Source: Pelomyxa schiedti (taxonomy: Eukaryota > Protista > Evosea). Taken from it: a DNA stretch of 55,097 bases. The stretch covers positions 1-55,097 of the forward strand of contig JAHLWZ010000141.1 in the NCBI GenBank assembly GCA_020536535.1, read 5' to 3'. Shown piece after piece: positions 24,401-36,411 of this stretch; positions within the stretch are counted from its first letter, which is position 1; each line of letters opens with the position of its first letter. The notes beneath the pieces are model-generated. The model was given only the letters and a program-made list of their open reading frames with translations. It made no database searches and had not been told where the DNA came from. The position numbers were made by a program, and so were the translations under genes.

Positions 24401-25346
24401 TGAGTTGTCGAGTAAATGAGAGAGCATCCCCTTCATCTCTGAACAACGGATTGAACTGTGCGGGTAGACCAGCAAGGGAGTCGCTTGTCCTCAATAAAAA
24501 TACGGCATTGGGGCTCTTTGTCCTATATACGCCATGCATAATCTCCATTCCTGTTACAGAGAAGCCATCAACCCAGTGGTATTTGGCGTGTAGTGCCTAA
24601 GTCAGAGCTTAAAGGACGACAACTCGAGAAAATCATACTGGAGGAACTTCCTCATGTGCTGGAACCCATCCACACCGGTCACCAAGAAGTCCCACAAAGA
24701 AGGGGTGAACGTTCTCAGACACACACCTGTCAAGCTCTCCCAAGCACACCCGCAGAGTATCCCCTGATGTAGAGTCCTTTGGAACACCCCACCTAAGGTC
24801 ACATTCCACAAGATGAAGGCGGCGTGATTGGCACCACTTGCGCAACACTGGAAATACTCGTTTAACCTAGTTTGCTGTCAATTAGTGGAAAACGTACGTG
24901 AGCCTTACCAAGCACTCTCGCTCACTGTGCATGTCAGTAAATGTACTAGATACGAACACCCTTACTGTCTTCCACCCACGTTGACTGCTCGGTTTCGGTA
25001 TCACAGGGGCAACACCCTGGAAGTCCCCGAAAATTGACTCTGCATGCTCGAACGCGGGCAGCCACTGCTGGGAAACCTCGTGGGAAAATGGAGTGGCGGA
25101 ATGAGAGCCCACAGTGTCTTGAGCACCTCTTACACGTGGCGCAGAAGTAGACCTTGCAGTTGTGTCGGCGGCAGAAGAGCGGACCGTTCTAGTAGAAGTA
25201 GATCCTGTGGATCTTGGATCTGGTTGCCTCGTAAGGTGCGTAGAAGCAGGCTGCCGCCGCTGAGGTTGCTGCCTAATAGGCTTTGCTTTCGCATTTTGCT
25301 GTTGAAACAACGTAAAATCACCACAGAGAGATCCCAACAAGTCCAT
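21419..25346 (-). CDS. Second DUF4062 + NACHT-type NTPase + TPR protein, multi-exon
   Basis: GWKTVRVFVSSTFTDMHSERECLVR and CDLRWGVP...FFVGLLGDRCGWVP (DUF4062). Walker A LEGPVGSGKSTLL (~23930-23970). TPRs LEEAEALYNESLELRVKLQGYLHEKTAIAYTNLA and YQQALEIRTAVFGPDH. ATG at 25346. Confidence 0.87.
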
Positions 25347-25666
25347 TGTTCACTCGTCCTGTTGCTGTGTTTTGGAAAGTATTTTGTTTGTTTTGTTGCT
25401 TCGTTTCGGTTTTTTTCTCAACGGACTGATTTTACCGGCGTGATTTTTGTATCGCGGTGTTGGCACTTTCCTGAGAATCTGAGTGGCCAAGTTATCCCAG
25501 CCACACTGTCCAGCGGACTGGATTCTTCTCACTCCGAGGAAGGTCTTTCCCGGTGAATAAGTCTGGTACGGCACACCATTGAGTCTTCGAACAATCCTGA
25601 TTGCCCAAGTTGGCTCCTCCCTTCGTACATCGAGCGGGAATACAACAACAAAACCAAAAACCGGCA

Positions 25667-27705
25667 ATGAGACGGTGGGGAGCTGTCGTCGCCGTGGGCG
25701 CGTGCGCGCTCCTCGTCTTCGTCACCGCCGTCGTGCTCTCCAGGTCGTCGCTGGGCACCGCCGCGCCCCCGCCGGTCGTCCTGCTCGCCGAAGACACTCC
25801 CGGCGGGGCCCCAACCCAGTCCCCGACGCCCAGCAGGGGGCCCGCGGACACCCCCGCTCGCCCCACGCAACACCAGCAGCAGCCGCCGCCTCAGCCTCTA
25901 GTCCAGCACGAGCGCCAGCAGCAGCGGGGGTGGGTCAACTTGGCTGCCCGCAGCGGGGGTGCTGGGGAAGGGGAAGGGGAAGGGGAGGTGTACATGTACG
26001 ACTGTGGGAGGACCGACGCCCAGCCCGAGCCTCCCCCGTTGCCCGCCGGCTCGCGGACTGAGTATGTTGCTAGTATGTGAACCTCCTTGCCCTGCCGGCC
26101 TCGTTCTTTTTTTTTTTTGTTTTTTCGTGTCGTACTAAATGAAATGCCAAATGAAATATGAACTTGGGTTATTACCAGTATGCAAGTAACATCTCTGGGG
26201 ATTAAAAAAAAAAAAGTTGTTGTCAGACATGGAGATAGAGTGCCTTATGATGTACCGTGCTGGCCAAACTATACTACAAAGTGGGAATGCAATCTGTCTG
26301 TGGTGGAACATCCTATTATTTCTTCCACGAATGATAAGCTCCACAATCCATCAGTACCTAGAACCTACAGAACGCATTTTATGGAAGACAGGAATCTCAT
26401 TCCTGGCAACTGCGAACATGGTTGTGGAAGTGGACAAACCTTCTACCTTTTCTCATGCCGTTACTCCCTCCCTTTCTTATAGCCCAGCTTACTGATATCG
26501 GGCACATGCAACAACAACAACTTGGGACAGCAATGAGGAATTTTTATATTACCCAACGTGGGTTTTTGCCATTGACCCCAAGTGAGGGAGATGTATTTGT
26601 TCGTTACGACACAGACAGCAGAACAAAGCAGACAGCCTTGGTACTCCACCACTTGTTGTGTACAGTTTTCTAATTTCCTCAAAGGCGTTTTACGGTGGGC
26701 TATACCCCTCGTTGCCACCTGGAAAGCCTGTAACATCCCTTCTGAATGTTTTCACGATGGATAGGACTTATGACGACTTGTGGTTCCCCTTCACTTACTG
26801 TTAGATTAACCAACTGAAGATCCCCAAACTCAAACATCTGCCCTTGCGTTGGGATTCTTCAAGATTATGCGCGTGCGTCACCAGAATGGCAGGAGCACTA
26901 TCAAACAGTGTATTTGCCTCTTCAGACTCAAATAGAAGCTATTCTCGGAGCACCAATCGTTCTTGAGAGTAATTTTCTTTTTTCCATTCCTAAAAAAGCT
27001 TGAACTAAAGGAAGTACAAGATATCCATGATTGCTGTGTGTGCATGCAATGTCATAACATGACTTTGCCTGAGGGCATTACCAAAGGCACTGAATATCAA
27101 TAACTCCGCCCCTCCTTACTGAACTAAACACAAGAGTTACTACAGCAAGTGTCTGATTGTTTGCTATGGCAGGAGGTGTATCTGTGGGCATACCCAGACC
27201 CAGTCACCAATGGCAGGTTATCCATGGGATTTCTTCTTTCAGAGATCTTCCAGCAGATGCAGGACAGAAAAGAGGGATCCAGCAATACAAAACTTGCATT
27301 CTTTTCAGTGTGTCCCAACCATATCACATTAAACCCAACCACACATTCCTGTAGGCACATGACTCATCTATGGAAAGTTTGATGAGCCTACTCGGTGTTT
27401 GGGACAATAAATGGGTTCCTTATGCAAGTTACCAGCTATTTGAGGTGTTCACATACCAAGGTACATTTCTCTGCAGCAATTCCAAAAACAAAACGTAAAG
27501 TTCCTTTGCACTCATATCAATAGGTGAGTACAACGTGCGGTATGCCTACAATGGACAGGCGATACTCCTTCCAGGGTGTAAAAATACCACCAGTATGGCC
27601 TGCTCTTGGGCAGAATTCACAGCCCTCATGGAGCAATATACACCCTCTGACCCGGCTACTGAATGTGCCTCCACAACATGTGAAATATACCAAAAACCAC
27701 TGTAG
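25667..27705 (+). CDS. Histidine acid phosphatase (branch 2), type II membrane/secretory, multi-exon
   Basis: N-terminal TM GAVVAVGACALLVFVTAVVL; active-site RHGDR (~26225); QLTDIGHMQQQQLG; R-x-D-x-x-x-RT motif; C-terminal HD in AHDSSMESLMSLLG; last exon YNVRYAYNGQAILLPGC...KPL*. Confidence 0.88.
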
Positions 27706-27836
27706 ATACTTGCCTGTGCAAAGGCCCCCACAAATGACCCTCTTTGTCCTATTCATTGAGATGCTTCTAATTTCAAAGTGACAATAACAAAACAAACTAG
27801 TTTCAGCTTCTTCATTCTTTTTCCAAATAAAAAAAT

Positions 27837-29914
27837 TTACAACATCTGAAGCCTGAAACAAATAAGAGCAAGGCCTCTTGAGAGAGAAAAACCTTGTAAC
27901 TTGCTGAGGACCACAGTCGTAATAACTCACCAGTGCATTATAGTTCTCAATTAGCTCGGTTACAGTCTCTAATGCCTCGTCAAAAAAGGAGATGTCCACA
28001 TATTCAGTGTAGTGGTGAACGTGTGCCTTGTGTAATGTGAAGTTTTTGACTACATAGTTCGAATGGTTTTTGGAACTTACTTTTCTTTTGTACAGGCGTA
28101 GAAATCGCGAGTGTAGGTCCTGGAACGTATTGCAGATGCAACTGTTATTGCTTAGGCAGAGTAGTGATTTTCTCTGTGAAATGGTTCGGGTTTGAGAGAA
28201 AAGAATTTATTCTTTTACCTGGTTCAAGCCGGGAACTGAACAGTGGCCAATTTTCCAGCCTTCACGGTTCCAATGTGGAAACTTCAAGGTTCTTTGGATT
28301 CTACACCAGGTCACAGAGATTTTTGTAAGTGTGCATCCTACCTATCGATGTTTCGGCGAATTGCATGCATATCAATATCACCACGAAGCATCAGGCAGCA
28401 TGCCAGATATAAATGTTGCTTCGGGTCGGCGGTAATAAGCTGCTGCTCACGGGAGAATGCATCACTGAACATTTGTGAAAGACTAGGAAGGAATAAGTGG
28501 AGGTTGACGGTGACAATAATTGCTACTTTCTGACTGGAGATCTGCTGCAACGCTCCATTGTACAGGCGGACAACGACGACAACAAGAATTGCATCCTGGG
28601 GTAAGGAACAAGGTTCATGGTGATTTCGTTGAGATCCACGTTGAGTGTGCCAGCAAATCTCATTGAGCTTATTATGGTTTCAACATATTGAGTCAAAGTA
28701 ATAACGGGGTTCACCTTGTTAAATCCAAAAGTAGTTGGGCAGCGAGTTTGTTCATTTGGTCCCAGGGTTTGGAGGTACTCAGGGAACTTGACTCCGTCTG
28801 AATTAAGTAAGAATAGACCAACGACATTTCAACGAACTTGGGATGTGGCATTCCTGCCAGAACCAGGGGTGGGAGTTTTGCTGCAAATCTATAAAATGTT
28901 AATAGTGACCGCCATTCCAAAACTTTAACCTCAACAAGGGCCTGATTGCATAATGGGAGGACACAGTCTGCGTGCTGTGCCAGCTGTGACAGAGAAAGGA
29001 TACTTCCTAAATGCGTCAAAAGGGCCACCCAATACTAATTTGGAATCACCTATTGTAAGGAGAAGTTACTACATCATCATCTTCAGAGGGAAATACCGGA
29101 ACAACAAAACGATAGATCTGAAAGGGATGTTAAAAACAGTTCACAGTTGAAGTGATTTTGCTAAGGAACATTTGGAAAATTATCCTGGAGGAGTTCAAGC
29201 ATATACGTTCCTACACCTGAACCAGTGCCACCTCCAAGAGAATGGAAAAGCAAAAAACTTTGAATGGAATCACAGTTTTCCACTTCTCTTCTCACCTTGA
29301 ACTACTCAGCCAAAAAAAAAAAAAAAAACACACATACATTCTCAAGAATTTTATCTCTGTATTTTGGGCCATACCACTTAAACCCAGTGGCCCTATTGTC
29401 AATTGAGTTGAAGGACTCTTAGAAGAAGAAGGTCACCAGTTATTGCCAGATCCAGAAACATCAGAAATGAGCTGTTTAGCATCAAAGAGTTCACCTAAAG
29501 AACCCTTCAGGATATGATTCAGTACACCCTCTTCCATATCGATGAGAATTGCCTTGAGTTAACTTAAAAAAAAAACTGAGAGAGTAAAGAGTACCCTCGC
29601 CTTTAGGTGTCGGATTGGATCATGTCCTGATCCAACTGTAATTGTTCTCCCACTTAGAAGAGATACAAAAAAAAATAAGTGATTGAACACCAAAACAAAA
29701 AAATTTGACAAACTCAGGGTCAGTGTTTCTGAAGAAAGTGGACATAGCAGGGTTATAAATAGCCTCACGATTGTTTTCGGCGTGTTCATGCAACGCCATG
29801 TCCCAGAACTTACATCCAATCTAAAGTAATGCGGTTGGCAACGTCTCTCCGTCACTTGGCACCAACCTGGTTGCCGCACTGACCCACTTGAAGCGTTAAC
29901 AGCTCCCGTGGCAT
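27837..29914 (-). CDS. TUBE1: Epsilon-tubulin, multi-exon
   Basis: MPRELLTLQVGQCGNQ; LKARV..DMEEGVLNHIL; DVSGSGNNW; GGGTGSGVG; PSEDDDVVTSPYNS; ADCVLP; KPWDQMNKLAAQLLLDLT|SSMRFAGTLNVDLNEITMNLVPYPRMQFL; VHHYTEY. These are epsilon-type rather than gamma-type signatures. Confidence 0.9.
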
Positions 29915-29984
29915 TCTTCGAACAAATTTCGGATAATCAAAACATACAGGGAGGGACCGCCGATCCTGAGCGACGAGAACAAAA

Positions 29985-30808
29985 ATGACAGCGTTCCTGT
30001 CTGTTGATTTTATTCAGCCATTTCTCAATTCGAGTACTCGAAGGTTGTGGTCGGTGACAAAACGATTCGATTAAAAGGAATTTTGATTACAATCAACTTG
30101 ACATCAAATTCCGATAAAATTGCCAGAAAGCCGTAATTCCCTATCCCTTGTAACTGGTCCTCGTACGCAATGTGTGTGGCTTCAATGAAAGTGTGTCCAT
30201 TGTGTTGTACAAGTCATTGCCAACAATTCACAGGAGTGGGAAGTTGAATCACTTCCTGGGGAGAAAGAGGGTCTGGGAGGTTCATTGAGGTTCACATAGG
30301 AAATCCAAAAAAAAAGATGGACCTCCTGGAAACCAATCCTGCACCCTGGTTCTTTGGAGGATAAACCGTGGAGCAAGTGATCCATGCTTTTTGTTTTTCC
30401 CAACCTCAGAATTTCGCACCAGTAACTCAATCATGGGTAAAAATTGTTGATAAACAAAAAAAAAACTCTTGTGTGGTAGTGGAAGAGAGGCCTGCCAAAT
30501 GAAGGATATTCAGTGGAAGAGGTGGAAACATACTCCCAGGTTTTCATCATGTACAAAAGAGAGTGTGGATAAGTGATGACTTGCTGGAAAGTACAAGTGC
30601 AAACAACAGGCTGAACAGGAATAAAACCAGTAATGAAAGAACTGTCGAAGGAAGGATCACTGAAAGATCAATTGAAGGGAACCAGGTGGAACAGGCCAGA
30701 ATACATACAAAGTCCATGGGCAATGGTGGTGAGGATGTAGTTGCTGTATGGGCAGCTAAACAAAACGTGGAACCTGGCTTTGCTGGGGTCACAAACAGCA
30801 AGTTGTAG
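29985..30808 (+). CDS. Hypothetical spliced protein (exon structure uncertain)
   Basis: ATG 29985 in an AAAAATG context; several open segments bounded by GT/AG; final ORF 30563..30808. No domain recognised. Confidence 0.35.
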
Positions 30809-30920
30809 GAGAGTTTTCCCTTTTTTGGCTATTTTTTCAAGGTGGCTGTGGCTAAAAGGTTGTTGATTTGTGTTTGTGTTGTTGTTTAGGCCACCTTCCA
30901 CCATTTCAAGGCAGGCTAGC

Positions 30921-31428
30921 ATGGCCTACACAATTGAGGATGACTCCAAAACAACTTGTTGTTGTGGTGGTGGTGCAGTTTCAACTTGTTCTTGTTGGTT
31001 CAGGTTTCCATCCAACAGCAGAATTGTTGTCCAGGACATCCAAAGCACCACATCACACAAGAAAACAAAGTACATCAGATGTGTCATGGTTACTGAGAGC
31101 AACCAGGGTATTGGTTGGTTAAGAACTGAGCAAATGTGTTCACAAGGATGTCCAGTGTAAGTATCATGATGATCACCCTGGAGACCTGAATCAACAACTT
31201 GTACAGCTTGGTGTTGCAAAGTTCTGTGATCACCTAATGAACACCACCCTTGCACTTGACCAATCGTGTCAATGCAAGTCACCAATGCAGGAAACAAATG
31301 AAAGGGTGGTGTTCATTAGGTGGTCACAGAACTTTGCAACACCAAGCTGTACAAGTTGTAAAAAGAATCAATGGCAGAAGCATGAGGAATTGACTTTCAC
31401 CAGTATTGAGTTCAGGTCTCCAGGGTGA
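30921..31428 (+). CDS. Small hypothetical Cys-containing protein whose 3' part is an inverted copy of the neighbouring gene's end
   Basis: ATG 30921 MAYTIEDDSKTTCCCGGG...; putative intron 31157-31206 (GTAAGT...TACAG). The stop position depends on splicing. Confidence 0.4.
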
Positions 31429-31471
31429 TCATCATGATACTTACGTTGGACATCCTTATGAACACATTTGC
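31131..31471. repeat. Long imperfect inverted repeat (arms 31131-31190/31411-31470 and 31194-31251/31302-31359)
   Basis: About 60 bp + 58 bp reverse-complement matches with 4 substitutions in total, a ~50-nt central spacer and a 48-nt indel between the arms. Confidence 0.95.
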
Positions 31472-32946
31472 ATAGCATTCTGTAATGTACTGAGAGGGGT
31501 CAAATCTAATTTCTAGTGAGGTATGTGTTTATGGCATCAAAGTTTTCAACCAACTTTGACCAATCCTTCAACCAATTAGTCAGTAAGTTTCCTTCTTGGC
31601 ACCACAAGCCTCTGGGGTGCTAGTGAAGAAGCAGGACAGCACTGATTCTGCAAAATGATGTGATTCCCGTGATCTTTGTAGAGTGTCAACAACCAACCTT
31701 TTGTTCCCACCATGGAATGCCAGGCTTAACCCAGTGATGGAACTCTTGGCCACTGCTTTGAGTAATAATTCTCCATGAGGTTGATGTTGTGCATCAGCGG
31801 AGCTCTTTGGTTGTGGAGCACAGCAGCTGCTCCCATTGCCGTCACACCCGACTGTGGTGGGGTGATGAATGGAGCTGCTAGCTCCAACAATGAGTGCAGA
31901 TTGCACTGTAATTGCCTCGGATATCTCTAAAGAATACACAGCAGCGATTTTGCCACAGTTGCTATGGAACGTGTCCATCATGCTGGCTGCAGCAGCATCA
32001 TCCCCTTGCTGCAGGATTTTGGTGACAACTGCACCAACCACTCAGCCACCAGCAGCCTTGTTTGCACCTCCAATAACATCACAAAAGCACTGGATGGTGT
32101 GAATGTTGTGGGTAGATAAGACGAAGACGAACTTTTCAATGAATTCCTCAATGTAATAGTACGAACGAATTGTCATTTCCTTTTCCAGTGTAGTCATAGT
32201 TGTGTTTGAACCATTGTGCCTCTCAGCAGACTTCTGACATATTCCCCGAGCAAGAGAAAGTAACATCTCAGAAGAAGCTGCACTTGCCTTAACAGCAATC
32301 AGTGGAAGAATAATAAACACCAACAAAATGAAAAAAAAAAAAAAGCACACTAACACAAACCTCTGGTAGATTGTATATCTGGAGAAGTTCTTGTCCCCAA
32401 AAGTGAACACACGTGCAACTTTAGCAGGATCGAAGTCCAGTTCCCTGCCTTCTCCAAGAACGGCTTGCCTTGTAGTCCTGACAGTACTTTCGAATTCCTT
32501 GTCAGGGTTCAGAATCTCTTGATCTTCCTGGAAGTCATACTCGTTCTCATACTCAAAGTCCCCCTCCTCCATCTCCCCATAAGATTCGTTGCCAACAACA
32601 GCAGCCAAGTCACGGCCGGCGAGATCGCCGCCGTCGCCGCCGCAGCCATCGTAGTTGTCATGGGATTCGCTGTAGTCATTGTCTTGTTGTCGTTGTTGCT
32701 GCTGTTGCGCTGTGGTGCCCCAGGGTTGCGCACAACCACCTGGAGAGCGCTTGCGGGGTCGCTCGTCGAACGGGATGATGTCCTCGGGGCCGCCGGCGCC
32801 CAGCCCCGTCCTCCTCTCCCCCTCGGGGGCGGCAGTCTCTCCTTGGGGCGGCTGCAGTTGGCACTGCTGGGTGCCGCCCCCGACCGCCCCCGGTGCTAGT
32901 GCTGTTGCTGTTGCTGTCGCTGTTGCTGTGGCACTCGTCGTTGTGG

Positions 32947-32986
<40 letters not shown>

Positions 32987-33116
32987 GGCTGTGCCCGGTG
33001 GTGCCGCGGGCGCGGCAGCGGGAGGAGGGGTAGCGGGGGGGTGCAGCCTCCCCAGGGGGGCAGAGCCGCGTGAGAGGGGGGGTCGGGACCCAGCGTCGCT
33101 GTCTCTTGTCGGACAT
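31269..33116 (-). CDS. Hypothetical low-complexity protein; gene or pseudogene (start-frame problem and in-frame UGA)
   Basis: ORFs 32042..33136 and 31580..32041 are in the same frame, separated only by TGA. Further GT-AG joins give ...IRFDPSQYITECYANVFIRMSN|LGVAKFCDHLMNTTLSFVSCIGDLH* (intron 31347-31444). The only nearby ATG (33116) is out of frame with the long ORF. Confidence 0.5.
32946..32984. repeat. (GTT)13 microsatellite (poly-Thr or poly-Asn on the minus strand)
   Basis: Perfect trinucleotide run. Confidence 0.95.
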
Positions 33117-33647
33117 ATCGCAATTAAAATGTTCAAGTGTTCTCTTACTGGGCACTCAGGATCAGGAATTTTTTCTTCTCAGCTTTTTGCGGTAATATCC
33201 CACCGGCGTGACAGGATCTTGGAAAACAGATGATCCTTGATCCTTCAACACCCCTCAGAGCTCTGGGTTTGTTTGTGTTATTACAAAAGAATCAAAATGA
33301 ATGCAAGTGACTGTGGTCGGTGACGGGGTATTTCTCGCCTGCTGCATGTGTCACTGTCACTCTCCAGGATAAAAAGGAGGAGAAAAAAAAAAAAAAAGGG
33401 AATAAAAAAAGGAAGTGGTTATTTGTGAAGGATGGTCGAGACAGATACAAGCAGGTTTTACGGGAACTTCGGCAGTTACGTCCTCCATAAGCCGTTACTC
33501 CCAGCTCCCCTCCCATGCCCTCTGAGGAATAAATTTGTCGCTGATTGAGTTCCTCCCTCCTCCCGGTTTTCCTGGCCACACAAAATTATGGGATCGAGAA
33601 ACCCGCAGTTCCAAATTCATCTGATCATTTTCCTCCTTCGAAATAAG

Positions 33648-36219
33648 ATGAGCAGCCTTGGTTCTGCAGATGGTACTCCGGCACCGCAGTTTATACCACA
33701 CCAGGACTTTGTTGGTATGATCGGATCTACGGCCGAAATCACGCACCAGAACGCTGACACAACTTCATCCCCGTTGTTTTCTGACGACGGATCTAACGTC
33801 GCTGCAACAAACGGCACCAGTAACAATACCTCCAATAATGACACAGCATCTGCGACAAATTTTCCCTCAAACACCACGTCACTCAGCCCCTCGCACCAGC
33901 AACAGCAGCAACAATCGGCGTCCAATGGTACACATATTGGCACGGAGACACAGGGAGGAATGCCATTTGGTGGAAGATCTGTTCCTACAAAAGTGCTGTT
34001 CATTCGAGATATTCCTCCCCACGTGGACGGTCAGCAACTTACGAGATTGTTTGGTTCCGTCCCAGGTTTTTTGACGCTTCGAAAGGTGACATGCAACTCT
34101 AAAAAAAACAAAAAGTGGCTAATACCATTACAGTTACCCAATTTCGCTTTTGCGGAGTATGATACTGTCTCTAATGCTGTGAATGCTCTCTATGCACTGA
34201 AGAATTACCGCTTTAGAGTTTTTGACCGGCCTATTTATGTTGACTTTGATAGGGTAAAAATTATAAACTGTGACTATCGGAATTTTACATTAATGTTATG
34301 TGCAGGACAGTGGCACAGGATCTTCAAAGGGGCACTTTAGGTGAGTGAGATCAAATGAAAATTGAGTTTTCTTAGTTCCTTCACAGAAAAAGGACACCAT
34401 CAGAATTTGAAGATGACTATGATAGAAAGCGGCGAAGGAGAGATGGATCCCCTTCTAAAAGAGCCAGGAGTAGAAGCAGAGACAGGCCAAGCCGAAGTAA
34501 GAGTAGGAGTTCCAGCAGAGATAGAAATTGGAGTAAGAGAAAGTCTAGCAAGTCTCCAAGTACAAGTGGGGGGAGGGGCTCACAAACTGGTGCAGCAGGA
34601 ACTTCGGTAGGTAGCTCAAATTCAGCTCAAATAGCAGCACGAGCAGCAGCAGCACAAGCAGCAGCAGCACAAGCAGCAGCACAACAAGCAGTACAGCAAG
34701 CAGAGTTAGCTTTAAAAGCAAGCCATAGTAGAAAGCGAGCACCCCTTCCTCTTTAGTTTCTTTTTCATCATCCTCACTCCCTCTCTATCACCCAATAGTT
34801 CAGAGCAAACGGCAGATGCGAAAAAAGAAAGTTCAGACCATAGTAGGAGTCCAAACCCACAATTCTCATCTTCATCTGGGGTGCGTCAAGGCGAACCTGG
34901 CAATGACGAGCAGTACGACGCGGCCCGCTTCTCATCTGGGAATTTGTCTGAAGGAGTGGATGGAGACGATTTAAAGCACCGGAGTAGGCAGCGGGATTTG
35001 ACTCCTGAGCTAAAGCACAACTCTGATTCCATAGAAGCACAGGAGCCCAAGAACCATGAGAAAGGGAAAGACTATGACAAAGATAGACATCACCATGATG
35101 GGAGAGACAGAGACCGGGACAGAGAACGAGACCGAGATCGGGATAGAGATAGAGATCGAGACAGAGATAGAGATAGAGAGAGAGATAGGGAGCGGGACAG
35201 GGACAGGGACCGAGACAGAGACAGAGACAGAACGGACAGAGACAGGGAGAGAGAAAGGGAACTAAGGTACAGAGAACATTTTCAGGATAGAGATTCTATG
35301 TATACTGGGTATAACAGTGCCGCACAGGACTATAGGTACTCCTTACACCCCATCAATGAAACTAACATTCGATGTAGATATCCATACGGACTCCCACGTT
35401 GGGACATGAATTCTTCCTATTCCGTAATTTTCGCGTCCACTTCTTCTAGCTAATGCCTGAAATAGAGAGGTTATGGTTTCCCTGTTCAAACACTTGCTTC
35501 TCCAATTGGCTTCGGGTTACTATATGAGTAACAGAAGATGTAAAACTCACTATTTACTAGGATGGGCTTTGAAGAGCCGTGTCCTACGTTGTTTATTAGT
35601 AACCTTCCCCCTGATGTCACAGAAAGAGTATGTAAGAAGGAAGTGTACATGTAACTGAGGGAATGAAGGAATTGAATCTGCTTTTTCGATTTGCTCCTGG
35701 CTTCCTCCGTTTGAGGTTGGTTACCCGGGAATCACGACCCACCGTGTGTTTTGCCGATTTTGTGGATACAAATACAGCTGCCATGGCACGTTCTTCACTA
35801 CACGTAACAGTCCAAACAATGGTAATCAATCTCACCCAACAAACTAGGGTTTCCAACTAGATCCCTCCAAGAAAGAGAGCACCTTACGAGTAGAGTTTGA
35901 TCGAGGAACGCGTGCAAGTAGATCTTTACCACCTTTACCTCCAAACACATCTCCGGCTGCAATTGCTGCCACAGCGGCAGCGGCTGCTGCTGCCGTTTCC
36001 CAAAGCTCACCTCCAAATGTAAACACCCAGATGGTCCCTCACCATTTGCCCCAAAACATGATGATGCAGGGAGGAGTCATGGTCCCTGGGGTTCCTACCT
36101 CCCAGCCTAATTTGCCCATGCTAGGGCAAGCACCAACCACTTCTTCGACTGGCACAATACAGAGGAGCCATCAATACAGCCAAGTACCGCTAATACCCAG
36201 GTCTTTGCTTCGTTTTTAA
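33648..36219 (+). CDS. Two-RRM RNA-binding protein (U1A/RBPMS/NSR-like RRMs) with RS-rich and RD-repeat linker
   Basis: RRM1: PTKVLFIRDIPPHVDGQQLTRLFGSVPGFLTLRK|..NFAFAEYDTVSNAVNALYALKNYRF. RRM2: PCPTLFISNLPPDVTER|ELNLLFRFAPGFLRLRLV...VCFADFVDTNTAAMARSSL. The 3' end is approximate. Confidence 0.82.
35098..35272 (+). repeat. Degenerate hexamer repeat encoding an (RD/RE)n dipeptide tract
   Basis: DGRDRDRDRERDRDRDRDRDRDRDRERDRERDRDRDRDRDRDRTDRDRERERELR in ORF 34881..35453. Confidence 0.9.
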
Positions 36220-36411
36220 TCAATCACCCAACTAATTTTTACCAGTTCATGTGGACGCACAGGTTGGAGTTAGTCCCAAAGTTTTGTATCTTTGCATCAG
36301 CAATGCATAAGGTAGATAGAAAAGAAGAGTAGAAGCAAAGCAAGAAAAGGAATGAGAAATAAGAAAAAAAGTAAAGAAAGAAAAAAACCTCTTGCCTTTG
36401 CACAAACACAG

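Noticed and set aside
27837-29914. Gamma-tubulin, suggested by the MPRE start
   Set aside because: Internal motifs (DMEEGV, SGSGNNW, DDVVTSPYNS, NVDLNEITMNLVP) are epsilon-type, and protist epsilon-tubulins also start MPRE.
31131-31471. Inverted repeat as a MITE, or as a SECIS for the UGA at 32042
   Set aside because: No target-site duplication; the arms are copies of exon/intron sequence. It lacks the compact AUGA/GA kink-turn form of a SECIS and lies within the spliced coding end of that gene.
35098-35272. Periodic purine-rich array as CRISPR or satellite
   Set aside because: In-frame RD/RE dipeptide coding repeat with no unique spacers, in a eukaryotic gene.
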